From assembly GCA_051362555.1 (NCBI GenBank), contig CM120642.1, forward strand, positions 26,970,001 to 27,034,000: DNA of 64,000 bases. The letters run 5' to 3'. The notes below the pieces were generated by a model that made no database searches, was not told the origin of the DNA, and worked only from the letters and a program-made list of their open reading frames with translations. Of the stretch, positions 1-10,569 are shown piece by piece. The position numbers were made by a program, and so were the translations under genes. The stretch is from Lingula anatina. Its lineage: Eukaryota; Animalia; Brachiopoda. The stretch's first letter is position 1. The number at the start of each line of letters is the position of its first letter.

Positions 1-613
1 TTAACAGAGCCCTGATGCTAACGCTTAAGACATGTTATCTTAAACTGGCGTCTCGTACTTTGACCACTGGCGCAGAAATGAAAGCCAAACATCGGTATAT
101 AATACACTCTGTATATTGACTCTTCCCTATAGTATGGCATCTTGCCATAAACACACCTTTCGAAAATGCAATAAAACCCATTGTCCTGAAACCCTGCACC
201 TTGGATTTTTTGTTTGCTGTTTTTGAAATTCTTACACAGATGATTGTATTCTATCCCCGTATTTCGGTGTGACAAACATCTTATTGTTATGGTATGACAT
301 AGACATGACACAGGAACGCAACGTATTTACAAAATCCGTAAATAATAAAAACATACTCACTGATGTTTACTTACGTTTACTTGCTATTATTTGTCCAACA
401 TCAATACGACAGATACAAAAACATGTTTACGTAAGACTCGATCTCTCTTCCTCGGTTATATGTATGTAGACCCTGTCGTGTGTGTGTGTGTGTGTGTGTA
501 CCTGCGTGCCCTCGTGTGTGTGTACATGTGTATGTGTGCACGCGCACACATTCATGAATGTCTTTGCTGTTGGTTGTTTAGTTATTGATCAGTGTACAGT
601 GCTACCTATACTG

Positions 614-735
614 GTAAGTTTACTGTGCTGCTTGTCCAGTTCTGTTTTATTTCTCTGTAGGTCAGATTTTTCTTACCTCAGTTAGTATAAATTCACACTA
701 TTCTCAGCCTCTGATATCAATGTTCCTAAAAAAAA
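614..735 (-). pseudogene. Inverted, decayed copy of one RAD50 coiled-coil exon (source 19527-19639) with its acceptor
   Basis: The reverse complement of 614-727 aligns to 19525-19639 at roughly 85% identity by eye. It includes a perfect 29-bp match (620-648 vs 19605-19633, AAAACAGAACTGGACAAGCAGCACAGTAA). The copy has a 1-nt deletion and stop codons. Confidence 0.9.
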
Positions 736-741
736 GAGATA

Positions 742-743
<2 letters not shown>

Positions 744-789
<46 letters not shown>

Positions 790-793
790 GTGT
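744..793. repeat. (GT)n microsatellite; a further GT-rich tract lies at 478-545
   Basis: Direct dinucleotide run. Confidence 0.98.
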
Positions 794-845
794 TTGGACG
801 TGGGTAAGCGAGATATTAGGCAAAACCTTGACGAAAGTAACTTAC

Positions 846-3800
846 GTGTCTTGTTATCGTTCTTCTTGGACTAGAAAAATAGAAAGAGAAAAAAGTATAG
901 ACAATACAAAGAGCTTAGAAATTTATTTAAGCAGCCATTATTGCATACGTATTTTTAAAATATTTTTAAATGTGTTTCAAAGACATTTATACAAAAAAGT
1001 CTTATGTTTAAAATATATCATAGAAATAAGAAACAATCATGAAGCAAACAAGTTAATATTAAGTGCATTATCTGTTCCTTTAATTTTTTTATTTTTCTTT
1101 TATAGACACTATTGACGTTTATAATGATAAACAAGCTAGACACACTAGGTGTATAATGACTTAGGTGAATAAAATCATCTGCAGGGTAGTGTCTATCTGT
1201 ATTCACTCAAAAACTAGATATTTTAACTGCGTATTCAATATGAGAACATGTATTTGGCCAGTTATAATTGCAGATGTATGTGCCTACTGAAATATCAACG
1301 AACTTTAGACGTAATGTTTAAAAGCAACAGAAACCGACTGTCAAAAAGTTATATTCACATTAACCCCCGGCTATTAGAAAAAAAAAACTCCTGTGACTGA
1401 GGTACGTGCATGTGATTCTATTCCAACAGTATCATTACTAAATTATTGCTATTTGGCGATATACGATAGGGTATACAATGTGATGTTACATCATATGAAG
1501 CATGCATCAATCCTATTTTGTGCACGTGAACAGTCTGTTCTTTCAGTTCTTTTAGTCCGCACTGACGACTTTTTTTATTCAAGGCTGTCAAGGGCTGTGT
1601 TATGATTTGTAATGGTGCTTTCTGTCCCGCTGTAGGGTCTTTCATTTATTCTTTTTCATTCAGTAACTATGCAAAAATTGAAACATTACTCTTTTTCTCA
1701 CCTTGTGCGATGATTCAGATGCAGATTCATCGGTTTCGCTGACGAAGAAAATAGCCTGGAATTTTAAAGAATGTCTAACATGTTAAAAGCAGTTACAACC
1801 CCCTTAACCAAAAATGTACTGACTTGTGTTTCACAAAAAAGTATTTGGTCATACTGGTAAACTATCAATAACAAAATTGGAAAAAAGAAAAAGGTCAATT
1901 TTTTTTCTAATATGCTTCTTTTTTTTTTTTACTTCGTGCATTCCCAAGAGAATGGTCTCAGATAGATAGATAGACAGACACACACACATAAAGACAGATA
2001 GACGTAAGGTTGGTGCAGTTACTACATACATGTAATAGTTGAAAATAAACTAAGTACTACAGCTGCATAATGCAGTAGATAATACAATATAAAAACCTGT
2101 CTCAACAGTCGCAATGCTACAAGTCCATGATTGTGCCACAAGGATATGTGTGAAAATGTGTATGGGTGTCGATGTCTCCGAAGGCGAAGCAGGCGGAAAG
2201 TTAGACGACGGGAGTCGGAGCGATGGTTACTTCAGAGTTTTAAGCAGGGGAAGATAAAGGGAATATAAAACTCATTTCTAGTACCTATTTGAACCCAGAT
2301 AGAGGCCTTGATGTAAAACTGAAATATTTTGTGAAATATCATGATCACCGTAAAACATAATTTGTGTGCACAGCTCTTGACCCATCGACTTTTTATTGGG
2401 CGCAGCACTTTTTTTATCCATTCATATCTTGAATATGCTTCTATCGACATGTAGGGAAACCAGAACATACATCATTTTTACCTCCGCCAAGAAGGTAATG
2501 TTTTCACCCCTGTTTGTTTGTTTGTCTGTCATCAACATAACTTAAAAAAGTTATGGGCCGATTTTGATGAAATTTTCAGGAACTGTCAGAAATGGACCAA
2601 GGAACAGATGGTTAGTTTTTGCTGGTGATCTGGATCAATAATCAATCAATAATCAATAATAATCAAAAATTGCTACCTAGGCGGAGGTCTGCGCTCTCGG
2701 AGTGCTTTTCTAGTTGAAAATCCAACCGCTTCAAACTGACCATGTTTGCCGCGGAATAATTGAAATATCTAAGAATACCAGAGTGGACGGCAGAAACCCC
2801 GTTCACTATAAAAATGCCTTGGTCGTGTCCTAGAGCACTCGTGGGCAAACGTGCGTCACACTCTTTACCAATGGCGTAACGATATCTTCCAAGCCACTAG
2901 CCATGCATTCTCTAATGAACCTCACAGGGCATGAAAGAGAGGATTTGAAAGAGAATTTCATTGACATTCATTGAGAGACCAGGGCCGTAGCCTCCGGGGG
3001 GGCAGGGGGGTCAGCTGCCCCCCCTGGGATTTGAGGTGCAAAAAAATAATCGCAATTTCTGACTTCTAATTGAGCAATAAATAACAGTTAAAATGCACCA
3101 GAATGCAGTATTATACATAGTTTTAAAAAAATTTCCACACCGTGGGAGGGGGACTTCCCACACCCTACCCCCTCGGGGGCTTCGCCCCCTCGTGTCTGCT
3201 TACTGCCCCCCCTGGCATTTTGCTCAGGCTACGGCCCTGGAGACCATTAAAGGATTACGCGGTTTTCCTTTCATGTAGGTCCGCCATATTTAGGTCTCGG
3301 CCGTGCTAGACCTCGGCTCTTCTCGATGTGAATGCTCTCAAAGGCTCTCAAGTCGCTCGGCATGTGATAGCGCCACTGTTGTACAACATTTGAAGAATCT
3401 TTCGCTTGCATCTTTCGCTTGCGTACACGACAACAGGAGACTAAAGCAGCAACGACAGAGATTCGTGGGAGTTACCAAATTTTGTTGATCGCCGTTCTTT
3501 TCTCGTTTTCGTGGCATAGGAGCACATATCCCCCCCCCCCTTTTATTTAAGATTGTGACTGTTGCGATTAAAACTATTTGTCTTGTTTAGACGTCATTTT
3601 ATCTTATCAAAACTTATGGGTTGCGCTTCCATCTTCTGGCTATCGTGAAAAAGGTTAGACTTTCAAGAATTTCTTAACTCTTAGGGCTCATTCCCATTGA
3701 AACTGTCGGTCTACGTAGATCGATCCAACTCTGCGGAGACTCTCGCTGAATGCAATCAGTTTAACAGATCAACACACCTCCTGGCGAAGTAGATTTCAGA

Positions 3801-4316
3801 AAAGCGGTGATTACACAAGCACGTTGGAAACAAAAGAATGCGTGTAATCTGTTAAACTGATTGCATTCAGCGAGAGTCCTCGCAGAGTTGGATCGATCTA
3901 AGCATTCAAATATATTAGGCTCTAACTTGGTTGCACAGAGCGAGAGAGAGAGAGAGAGAGAGTAAAATCGGACGTGAAGAAACTCACTCTGACACTTTTG
4001 GAAGCAATTTCCATTTTCACTCTTTTTTCCAACTTTCTTATAAGTTCAACAGTTAGATTATTAGTAAACATTGTTAAAATTCATTTTGACCTTACTTGGT
4101 AGAAGTTAAGTCTTTAACCTTGTTTCGTAGACACTGCATATGTGCAAAAAATGGTCAGATATAAGCACTAACTTCTTAAACACTGCGATTCATAAACAAT
4201 AATAATAATAATTCGCCAATTCCATATTGTCTTACCTTCCTTTCAAAAACTGGATTGTCAATCCCTCCATCAATTTGCTCATCCTGCGAAAGCTCCAGCG
4301 ACGATTTGTCCTGCAT
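846..4316 (-). CDS. 5' coding exons of an unidentified gene that continues leftwards: MQDKSSLELSQDEQIDGGIDNPVFERK/AIFFVSETDESASESSHK/SKKNDNKT
   Basis: Kozak-like GCCATG at 4316-4314. Exons 4316-4236 (81 nt), 1755-1702 (54 nt) and 870-846 (25 nt) each have an AG acceptor and/or GTAAG/GTGAG donor and join in frame. No family could be recognised. Confidence 0.6.
2475..2715 (+). mobile_element. Helentron-associated non-autonomous element (HINE/DINE-1-like)
   Basis: T-run followed by subterminal inverted repeat ACCTCCGCC (2480-2488) / GGCGGAGGT (2680-2688), an internal (GTTT)n/GTCT microsatellite, a 3' stem-loop GCGCTCTCGGAGTGC, and the end TTTTCTAGTT. Confidence 0.8.
2980..3239. mobile_element. 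MITE with 14-bp TIR and 5-bp TSD (hAT5-like)
   Basis: TIR CAGGGCCGTAGCCT / AGGCTACGGCCCTG. GAGAC is duplicated at 2975-2979 and 3240-3244. Confidence 0.9.
3716..3900. mobile_element. MITE with ~52-bp near-perfect TIRs flanked by TA
   Basis: TAGATCGATCCAACTCTGCG...GTTTAACAGAT is mirrored by ATCTGTTAAAC...CGCAGAGTTGGATCGATCTA. Confidence 0.85.
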
Positions 4317-7300
4317 GGCTGCTGCTAGTTCTGTGAGCAACGCTAAGTGCGCGAGTAAACTGCGTTTGCATACCCCTTCAAACTACATCCCCTGTTCTGC
4401 TGGGGCAACGGAATAAGTAACCCCAACTTTTGCATACTGAGATCTACATTTATCTAAATTGTCCAAACTGTGACGCAACTACGTTTCATTTAAATTCTGC
4501 ACAGTTCTACGGCTCAGATACTTGTAATGCTAGTGAAGATTAGAGTGAATGGCATTTTGAAGAACCCATTACTTCTATTTTGGCTTAGGATATCAATTAC
4601 GACACGCAACATTGCTCAGGTTGTGAGACTTAGATCGTGTTAGGAAATGCAAATGAGTTTTTTTTACGAAAGATTTTGCTCAAGATATGGTCCTTCGACA
4701 GATTTTGAAAAGACAACAGAACTTCGTATAAAATGAAGCATCGTATTTTGAACTCAGCTGTGATTTAAATAATAAATAGCATAAGTGCGGCGTGTGAACG
4801 CTAACGCGTGTGAAAAAGATTGCCAAGTCTTGCAAAGAATGACTGACAGAATAAGTAAAGCATGTGAATATTGTATGCAAGAACATAATGATAAAGCAAA
4901 AATACTTTCTCAATAATTATCAACGTAAAATTGTTAAAAAATGGTGTGTCGTTATTTTAAATCCTGCCAGTTTTGGCCCTTGTAAAGAATTTAATAAAAG
5001 CTATCGTTATGTGAGACAGAAACTGTCATGTACAGATAAAATGACGAACACTTGTCATAAATTGTAATTAAGTACAATGTTCAAGTCATCTTGAAATAAT
5101 AATTAAAAGAAATAGTATATCAATTTTAATTGCAAAATAAAAATCTACCTTATGGTTATATTTCTCGTCTCGTTAAGAAAATGCAGGGCAAACAAAAACA
5201 AAAAGTTTCAGTACCATTTTGAAATGTCTTGGCAAAACGTAAGACAAAGTCATTGCATTTTTAATGTTCGCGCTATTTGAAGAGAGATAGTACAGGAAAG
5301 TGAAATGGCATCGGGAAAAATGAAAAATTAAGGAATATATATATTATATAGAAAAAATATAAAATGATAGTATTTTAAAAATAATAATAATAATATATAC
5401 ACTGTGTTACACGTTTGAATTACATTGCTTCCTCAGAAAAAGGTCTCATACTTGGAGGAATTCCTCTGCTCAGAAGTGAACAGCATCACATAACGCATCA
5501 CATAGCGGTATCATTTAGCTTCGACAAAGCAAATGTTATGTCTTCTTTAAAAAGTGCCGCTGGCTGTCAGTGCATTTTTTTTCTCTCTGACGGCACGCGA
5601 TTTAAAGGCGCCTTAACGATTGCTGTGTTTCTATCACCCCTTTATCAAGCCAAGTGGTGACTCGGATAACCATGCTCTTGTACGTGGAATGAATTCGTGT
5701 TCAACTTCAAAGTTCGAATTAATATGCATGCCGCGCGATCGGGTGAATGAGCAAAAACTAGTGCAGTACGCAGGGCAAACTCACGTTGAATGTCATGTGC
5801 AAGGGTGAGAGACTTCTACAACTTTTTAGATAATAGCAAGACAAAGGAAACAAGTGTTCTTCGAATATTAAATTAAGTTTCTGAAATCAAAGAAAAAAAC
5901 TCGAGTCCCTGTGATAAACCATGAAACGTGTTGCTAGCACTGCGAACGCCCACTTTTACTTCTGATTTTGTAGCAGTCCTACATGTTAAAAGTATTAAAA
6001 CCACTGGCGAGGGAATATCTTTGAAATGTTTGAGAATTTATTGTCTGAAAAGGACCAAAGAACTAAACTGAATTACACACAACAGATCAAAAAAGGGAAA
6101 TCACGATGAAGATAAAAAGTTTTAGGGTATTAAATACTCTCCCGTGTGCTAATTGATGATATTAAAGTGAATGCAAATTATATTATTTAACAGGCCTGTG
6201 AACTGCCACTGTCCCCGTGGGAATAACTTAGAGCAAAGAAATGAGTGACATTAATTGTTATGTGAAGTAAAAGAATGGTTTCTGTTGATCCAAGTTATTT
6301 AACCTTGTTCATCCCAGTAGAGGTCGTTGCCCCGGCCCAAGACAACTTTTTTTTACGTAAAATCTTTACTGCGCGTTATTTTTTCATGAAATTTCATGAA
6401 TTTGTCGAGGTTTTTTCAGCTATCGTAATACAGTATATATCTGCATTGCTTACGCCTGATACTTGTGCCTTTTTTCTTGTTAGAAAAAATTCTGGATTCG
6501 ATTAAAGTTTAGTGGCCAAAACTTCAGAAGAACACTTACGGTTAGCAAAGGGGTCATTGTTACCCGATTACAATTAACAATAAGACGGGCTGCTTTCACT
6601 GTATGGGGAAAGAAAGAATAATTATGTTATCACTTTCCCTCTTTCTCTCCCAGTCGCATTAAAGGATAACAACCCAATGAAAGCCTTGTTGCTGTCGGCC
6701 TCTGAAAAAATAGAAGAAAAATGCAACCTTGACAATTTACGAGAAAGAACGTTAATGGAGTCAGATTTTTTAGTACTTCAGAGATGCACAAGAAAGCGTA
6801 TATACTGTAGTATCCTTCGCCTGAAAACAATCATTCGGTATTCCTATCATTCTTGAGAAATTAATACAGAGTAAATTAATAATGAAATATTTTTAAATCA
6901 TATTTCTTTAGCTGGCGTGTAAACCAAAACAAATCTTCAAGTTTAAAACATTCAGAATTATCGAAATTCGAAAGTAATACAAACACAATGAAAAAAGGAG
7001 AAATAGGACGTTCATTCCAGTGAGAAAAGGGATTTATTGCACTGACAGTAATGAAGATTGCACTTTGTTTTGTCAACTATTGCTATGGCTGTTGTACAGT
7101 GTTTTTATCTTTTGATATTAGATGCTCACTTTCACATCTAGACAGAATAACAGACTAAGGCCTTCAAATATTGTTAATCACTAGCATAGCACCGGGTGTT
7201 TTGATTCCAAAATGTCCCCACTATAAACTGATTATCTCCAGCGTCGCAGCAGTTACTTCCACCTTTCTGCTCGGTCAATCAAATTTTACGTGTCACAAAT

Positions 7301-7750
7301 TAAAGAAATAAGCCAACCAGCAGAAGATAAGAACGAAAAATAACAACAAAACTACTTTTGCAGAACATCGGTACGTCTTTCGAAACACGTAAATGCGTAT
7401 ATATGGAATACGTGTTCACAGCAACAACGTACAGCACATACGTACGGTTAAGTACGTACAAGCAGAGGGAAACCCCCCTGCTTATCCCACAAGCAGGGAC
7501 TCGGAACACTTCCTGGCCAGTACTTTGGGGAAGTACGCAATTATGCGTAAAAATACGCCATTGCTGGGAAAGATTTCTCGATGTCCTCTTACAGATTACT
7601 AAAGTTCACATCCACATTCCTATTCTTCGTTTGATCGTCTAAAACTCTCCGATGTGACCCGCTCAAAATAATCAACTTTACAAAAAAGTTTCGGTGGGTA
7701 CTGTTAACTGTTTGACTAACCAGCTAAATAGTATGTGCAGAAAAATTTAT

Positions 7751-7969
7751 ACTAAATAAGGTGCTAAATTGATAAAACTAAATATACCGACCAAAAATTA
7801 ACAATTAAACTAATAACACAATCAAGTCGCTAGTTTAGGAGAAAAGTTCCCAATGCCGTTAACATTAAACTAAATAAGGTGCCAAATTAATAAAACAAAA
7901 TATACCGACCAAAAAATAAACATTTTAACTAATAACACAATCAAATATCTAGTTTAGGAGAAAATTTCC
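7751..7969. repeat. Tandem duplication with a 118-bp period (about 1.9 copies)
   Basis: ACTAAATAAGGTGC...ATATACCGACCAAAAA...CTAGTTTAGGAGAAAA starts at both 7751 and 7869. Confidence 0.92.
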
Positions 7970-8454
7970 GAGTGAATAACTAGCTATATGACTAACTATG
8001 GCATTAGAATGCTTAGATGGTTAAGCTGTCTGTAAGAGTGGCTTGGAATCATCTGCCCTCGAAGTGAAGTGAACATCAATGTGAAGTAAAAGAAAAATTT
8101 AAATTTGCACCAAGGGGCCTAAAATTAACTTAACTTTCCAAAGCAAATAATCCTCAGATTTATCTAACTTAAAATTTAAAGAATAAAATAGAGATGCTCG
8201 AATTATGTAATAAGTAGACGTCTAATTTTAAGTTGAATAATAAAATGCTGCCAGATGGATTAAATAAAAGTTAAAATAAAATCCTTTGGAAAAGTGAGGA
8301 AACATGAGTAATTAATTAGAGCTATTGTAGATTGTGATATCTTGCGGTTTCAGAGCTGAATCATTCTATTTCATTTTCCGTGCCATTGTCCAAAAATGAG
8401 ATAAAGTTTGCTGCTTTGAATTTTTAGTTTTTCTGTGTAGTTTAAGCTGAATTT

Positions 8455-9275
8455 CTACTGCTTTCTCTGCTTCTTGTATGTAATAGGTTTCCCGGTCTTC
8501 CGTCCATGAAGAGGAGGCTTGGCAGGACTCTCGGGCCTGAAGCTGAATTCGGCCATCAAATGTTCTGCCGCGGCGAATTCCTGATCGGCAGTGTCCAGGA
8601 GCTTTTGGCAGCGATTGAGGAAAATTTCTGTCTTATCTGCTGAAAATAGTGGAATTAACTTTATACAAAGTCAATATAGAACCTAAGTTTATTATCGAAA
8701 TAGCCAACAGCATGCCCTCGTTTCTAAATGTTCTGTATTTGTTGCCCTCTTATTTCCTGCATAGGTTTATTACACTTTTTATATAGCAGACAATTTTAGA
8801 CGAACAGAATATGTGATCTGTAATTAGTCGAAGAGGCTTATTTTTACATTAATGTTGACCGTAGTTAACAGTTGCATTCCCTTGGTATAAAAGATATTCT
8901 TAAGAAACAGTATGGAAACAACATTCACGTACCGTTGGTGTGTCTTCGTGCTGCTTTGTCTCCTTTGGGAGACTGCATTTTGGCGGGCTTTTTAGTTGGA
9001 TCACAACGACCCGGTGGCATTGGTGAGGTTTTTCCTTTGAAGAACTCGACGCAGTCGCTGATAGTCTTCTCGGCCTGGCGCCTCTTGGCTGGTCTTTTGG
9101 TGGCCTGGGACGAAATGGTTGCTGCGTTGTTCTCCAGGTCTGGCAAAAGCTTGCGCTTCTTTGTATCATTGAGCTCTTTCTGGATACCCGGCAGCCTTTG
9201 TTCGGTGCCAGCGCCCACGATCTTTGGCAATTTGAAGCCCTGTTCAACCGGTGCATAGCTTGGCTTGCGGAGCAT
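8455..9275 (-). CDS. Orphan two-exon gene encoding a ~175-aa basic, Pro/Lys/Arg-rich protein
   Basis: ATG at 9275 (AACATG). Exon 1 is 9275-8933 ending G|GTACGT; exon 2 is 8639-8455 after TTTTCAG. The total of 528 nt is in frame to TAG. Both exons are GC-richer than the flanking DNA. Confidence 0.7.
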
Positions 9276-9954
9276 GTTTTTCGGTTGCCTAATTGAATAT
9301 ACAGTGTATGAATTCACATTTTAAGTTTTATTTCTCGCCAGTGGAAAGAACACTTCATATCTATAACTATTCTGTATTCAACAGAATATTTAGATCGTTT
9401 CAAAACGTGAGAATATTTCCAAATTAACTAAGTTTTCATCCAAGAAAGCAGTTAGTGTCAGATTTCCTTCTCGTGACTTTCTCAGAACTTCGCAGGTCTT
9501 TACCCCCCCCCCCCCAACCCACCCAAGGAAAAAAGAAAGAAATGAGGGAAAATGCTTCACCGGGCAGTCAATATGAAGAAACATGTCATTTCCTTTTCTT
9601 GACGTCCTTTATCCGTCTTTTAATTGTTTTCTAAAAGTGTTTTAGAAATTTAAACGCGAAAATAACAGTGTTTACAACCTCCATACCCTATCTAAATTCC
9701 ATAACTTTGAAATCATTGTGAACGTGCCTACGTAGGCTAGTTAGGTTAAGGCTTTTGTAGGCCGTTAGCATTTGTCATTTAAAACTTTCCTGATGTCAGA
9801 GCAATATATGAGGAAAAAACTTTCAATTCAACTTACCGCTCACGCCTTAAAAGCCGTAGCTCCTCCCTATAAATTTCTCTTTCCTTCGGCATTCCAAATA
9901 TCTGACAATGCGGTTTAGTTGCTTTTGAGAGATATTTATCACTATGCGTGATTT

Positions 9955-9962
9955 TGACGTCA
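9955..9962. promoter_or_regulatory. Palindromic CRE (TGACGTCA) in a CpG-rich patch upstream of the orphan gene
   Basis: Exact CRE consensus. A minus-strand donor GTAAGT at 9836-9831 suggests a non-coding first exon just downstream. Confidence 0.4.
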
Positions 9963-10304
9963 CACAGTGATAATTAGCATACGTGACTGTGTCGTCACGG
10001 TTACATTCGCGCTTGCGCGGTTAATGGCTGCAGTTCTTTTGCGCATGGAGTCTCGTAACACATGGTGACGTCCTTATAAGGGCATTTTGCGATACAATGT
10101 GAAGCATATGTGAGAAACACCCGAAAAAATATTCCTTAATGAAAAAGCATCACTCATAGAATAGAATAGAATATTTCAAGTTTTTGTGCTTATGTTGTAT
10201 TCAAATATACATACACTTAAGCAAAGGGAGCAGTAATCTCTTGGAAAATCAAAATGTAAATTTATATTCCCAAAGTTGAATCAGTGTTTAGGCCTAAGCC
10301 TGAC

Positions 10305-10569
10305 CAGAAAATCAATGTTGCAATGAAACATTGAATCAATGTTGAATCAAGGTGGAAATTTTACTAAAACATCAACTATGAAAAATGCAAGTTGAATAAA
10401 CGTTGAAATAATGTTGGTTTATAAACTCAGTCTTGCTTCAATGTTGAACCAATATTGACATGCCAACGTTGAATTGTGGTCGTCGAATCAAGGTTGACTC
10501 AACGTTTATCACTGCCTAAATAACTTCAACAAAGTTTCAACACTGAATTAACGTTGTGTGCCTGCTGGG
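10305..10569. mobile_element. DNA-transposon remnant with internal AACGTTGAATCAA-type repeats
   Basis: Repeated (A)ATGTTGAATCAA/AACGTTGAA motifs, ending in a terminus-like AACGTTGTGTGCCTGCTGGG. Only one end is clear. Confidence 0.55.

Noticed and set aside
18-311. 97-aa minus-strand ORF
   Set aside because: No recognisable motif and no convincing splice connection to the upstream exons.
375-472. Candidate next exon of the minus-strand gene (CAG acceptor, GTAAGT donor)
   Set aside because: Stop codons in all three frames.
391-1115. ORFs with VCVCVC runs (also 43512-43823 and 57084-57308)
   Set aside because: They are translations of (GT)n microsatellites, not Cys-rich proteins.
7751-7969. 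Repeats as a possible CRISPR array (also 24651-24815 and 30395-30575)
   Set aside because: Plain tandem duplications without unique spacers, in a eukaryotic context with no cas genes.
8872-9258. Plus-strand 128-aa ORF and the overlapping 118-aa minus-strand ORF
   Set aside because: Antisense or alternative-frame shadows of the orphan exon; only one frame splices cleanly to exon 2.
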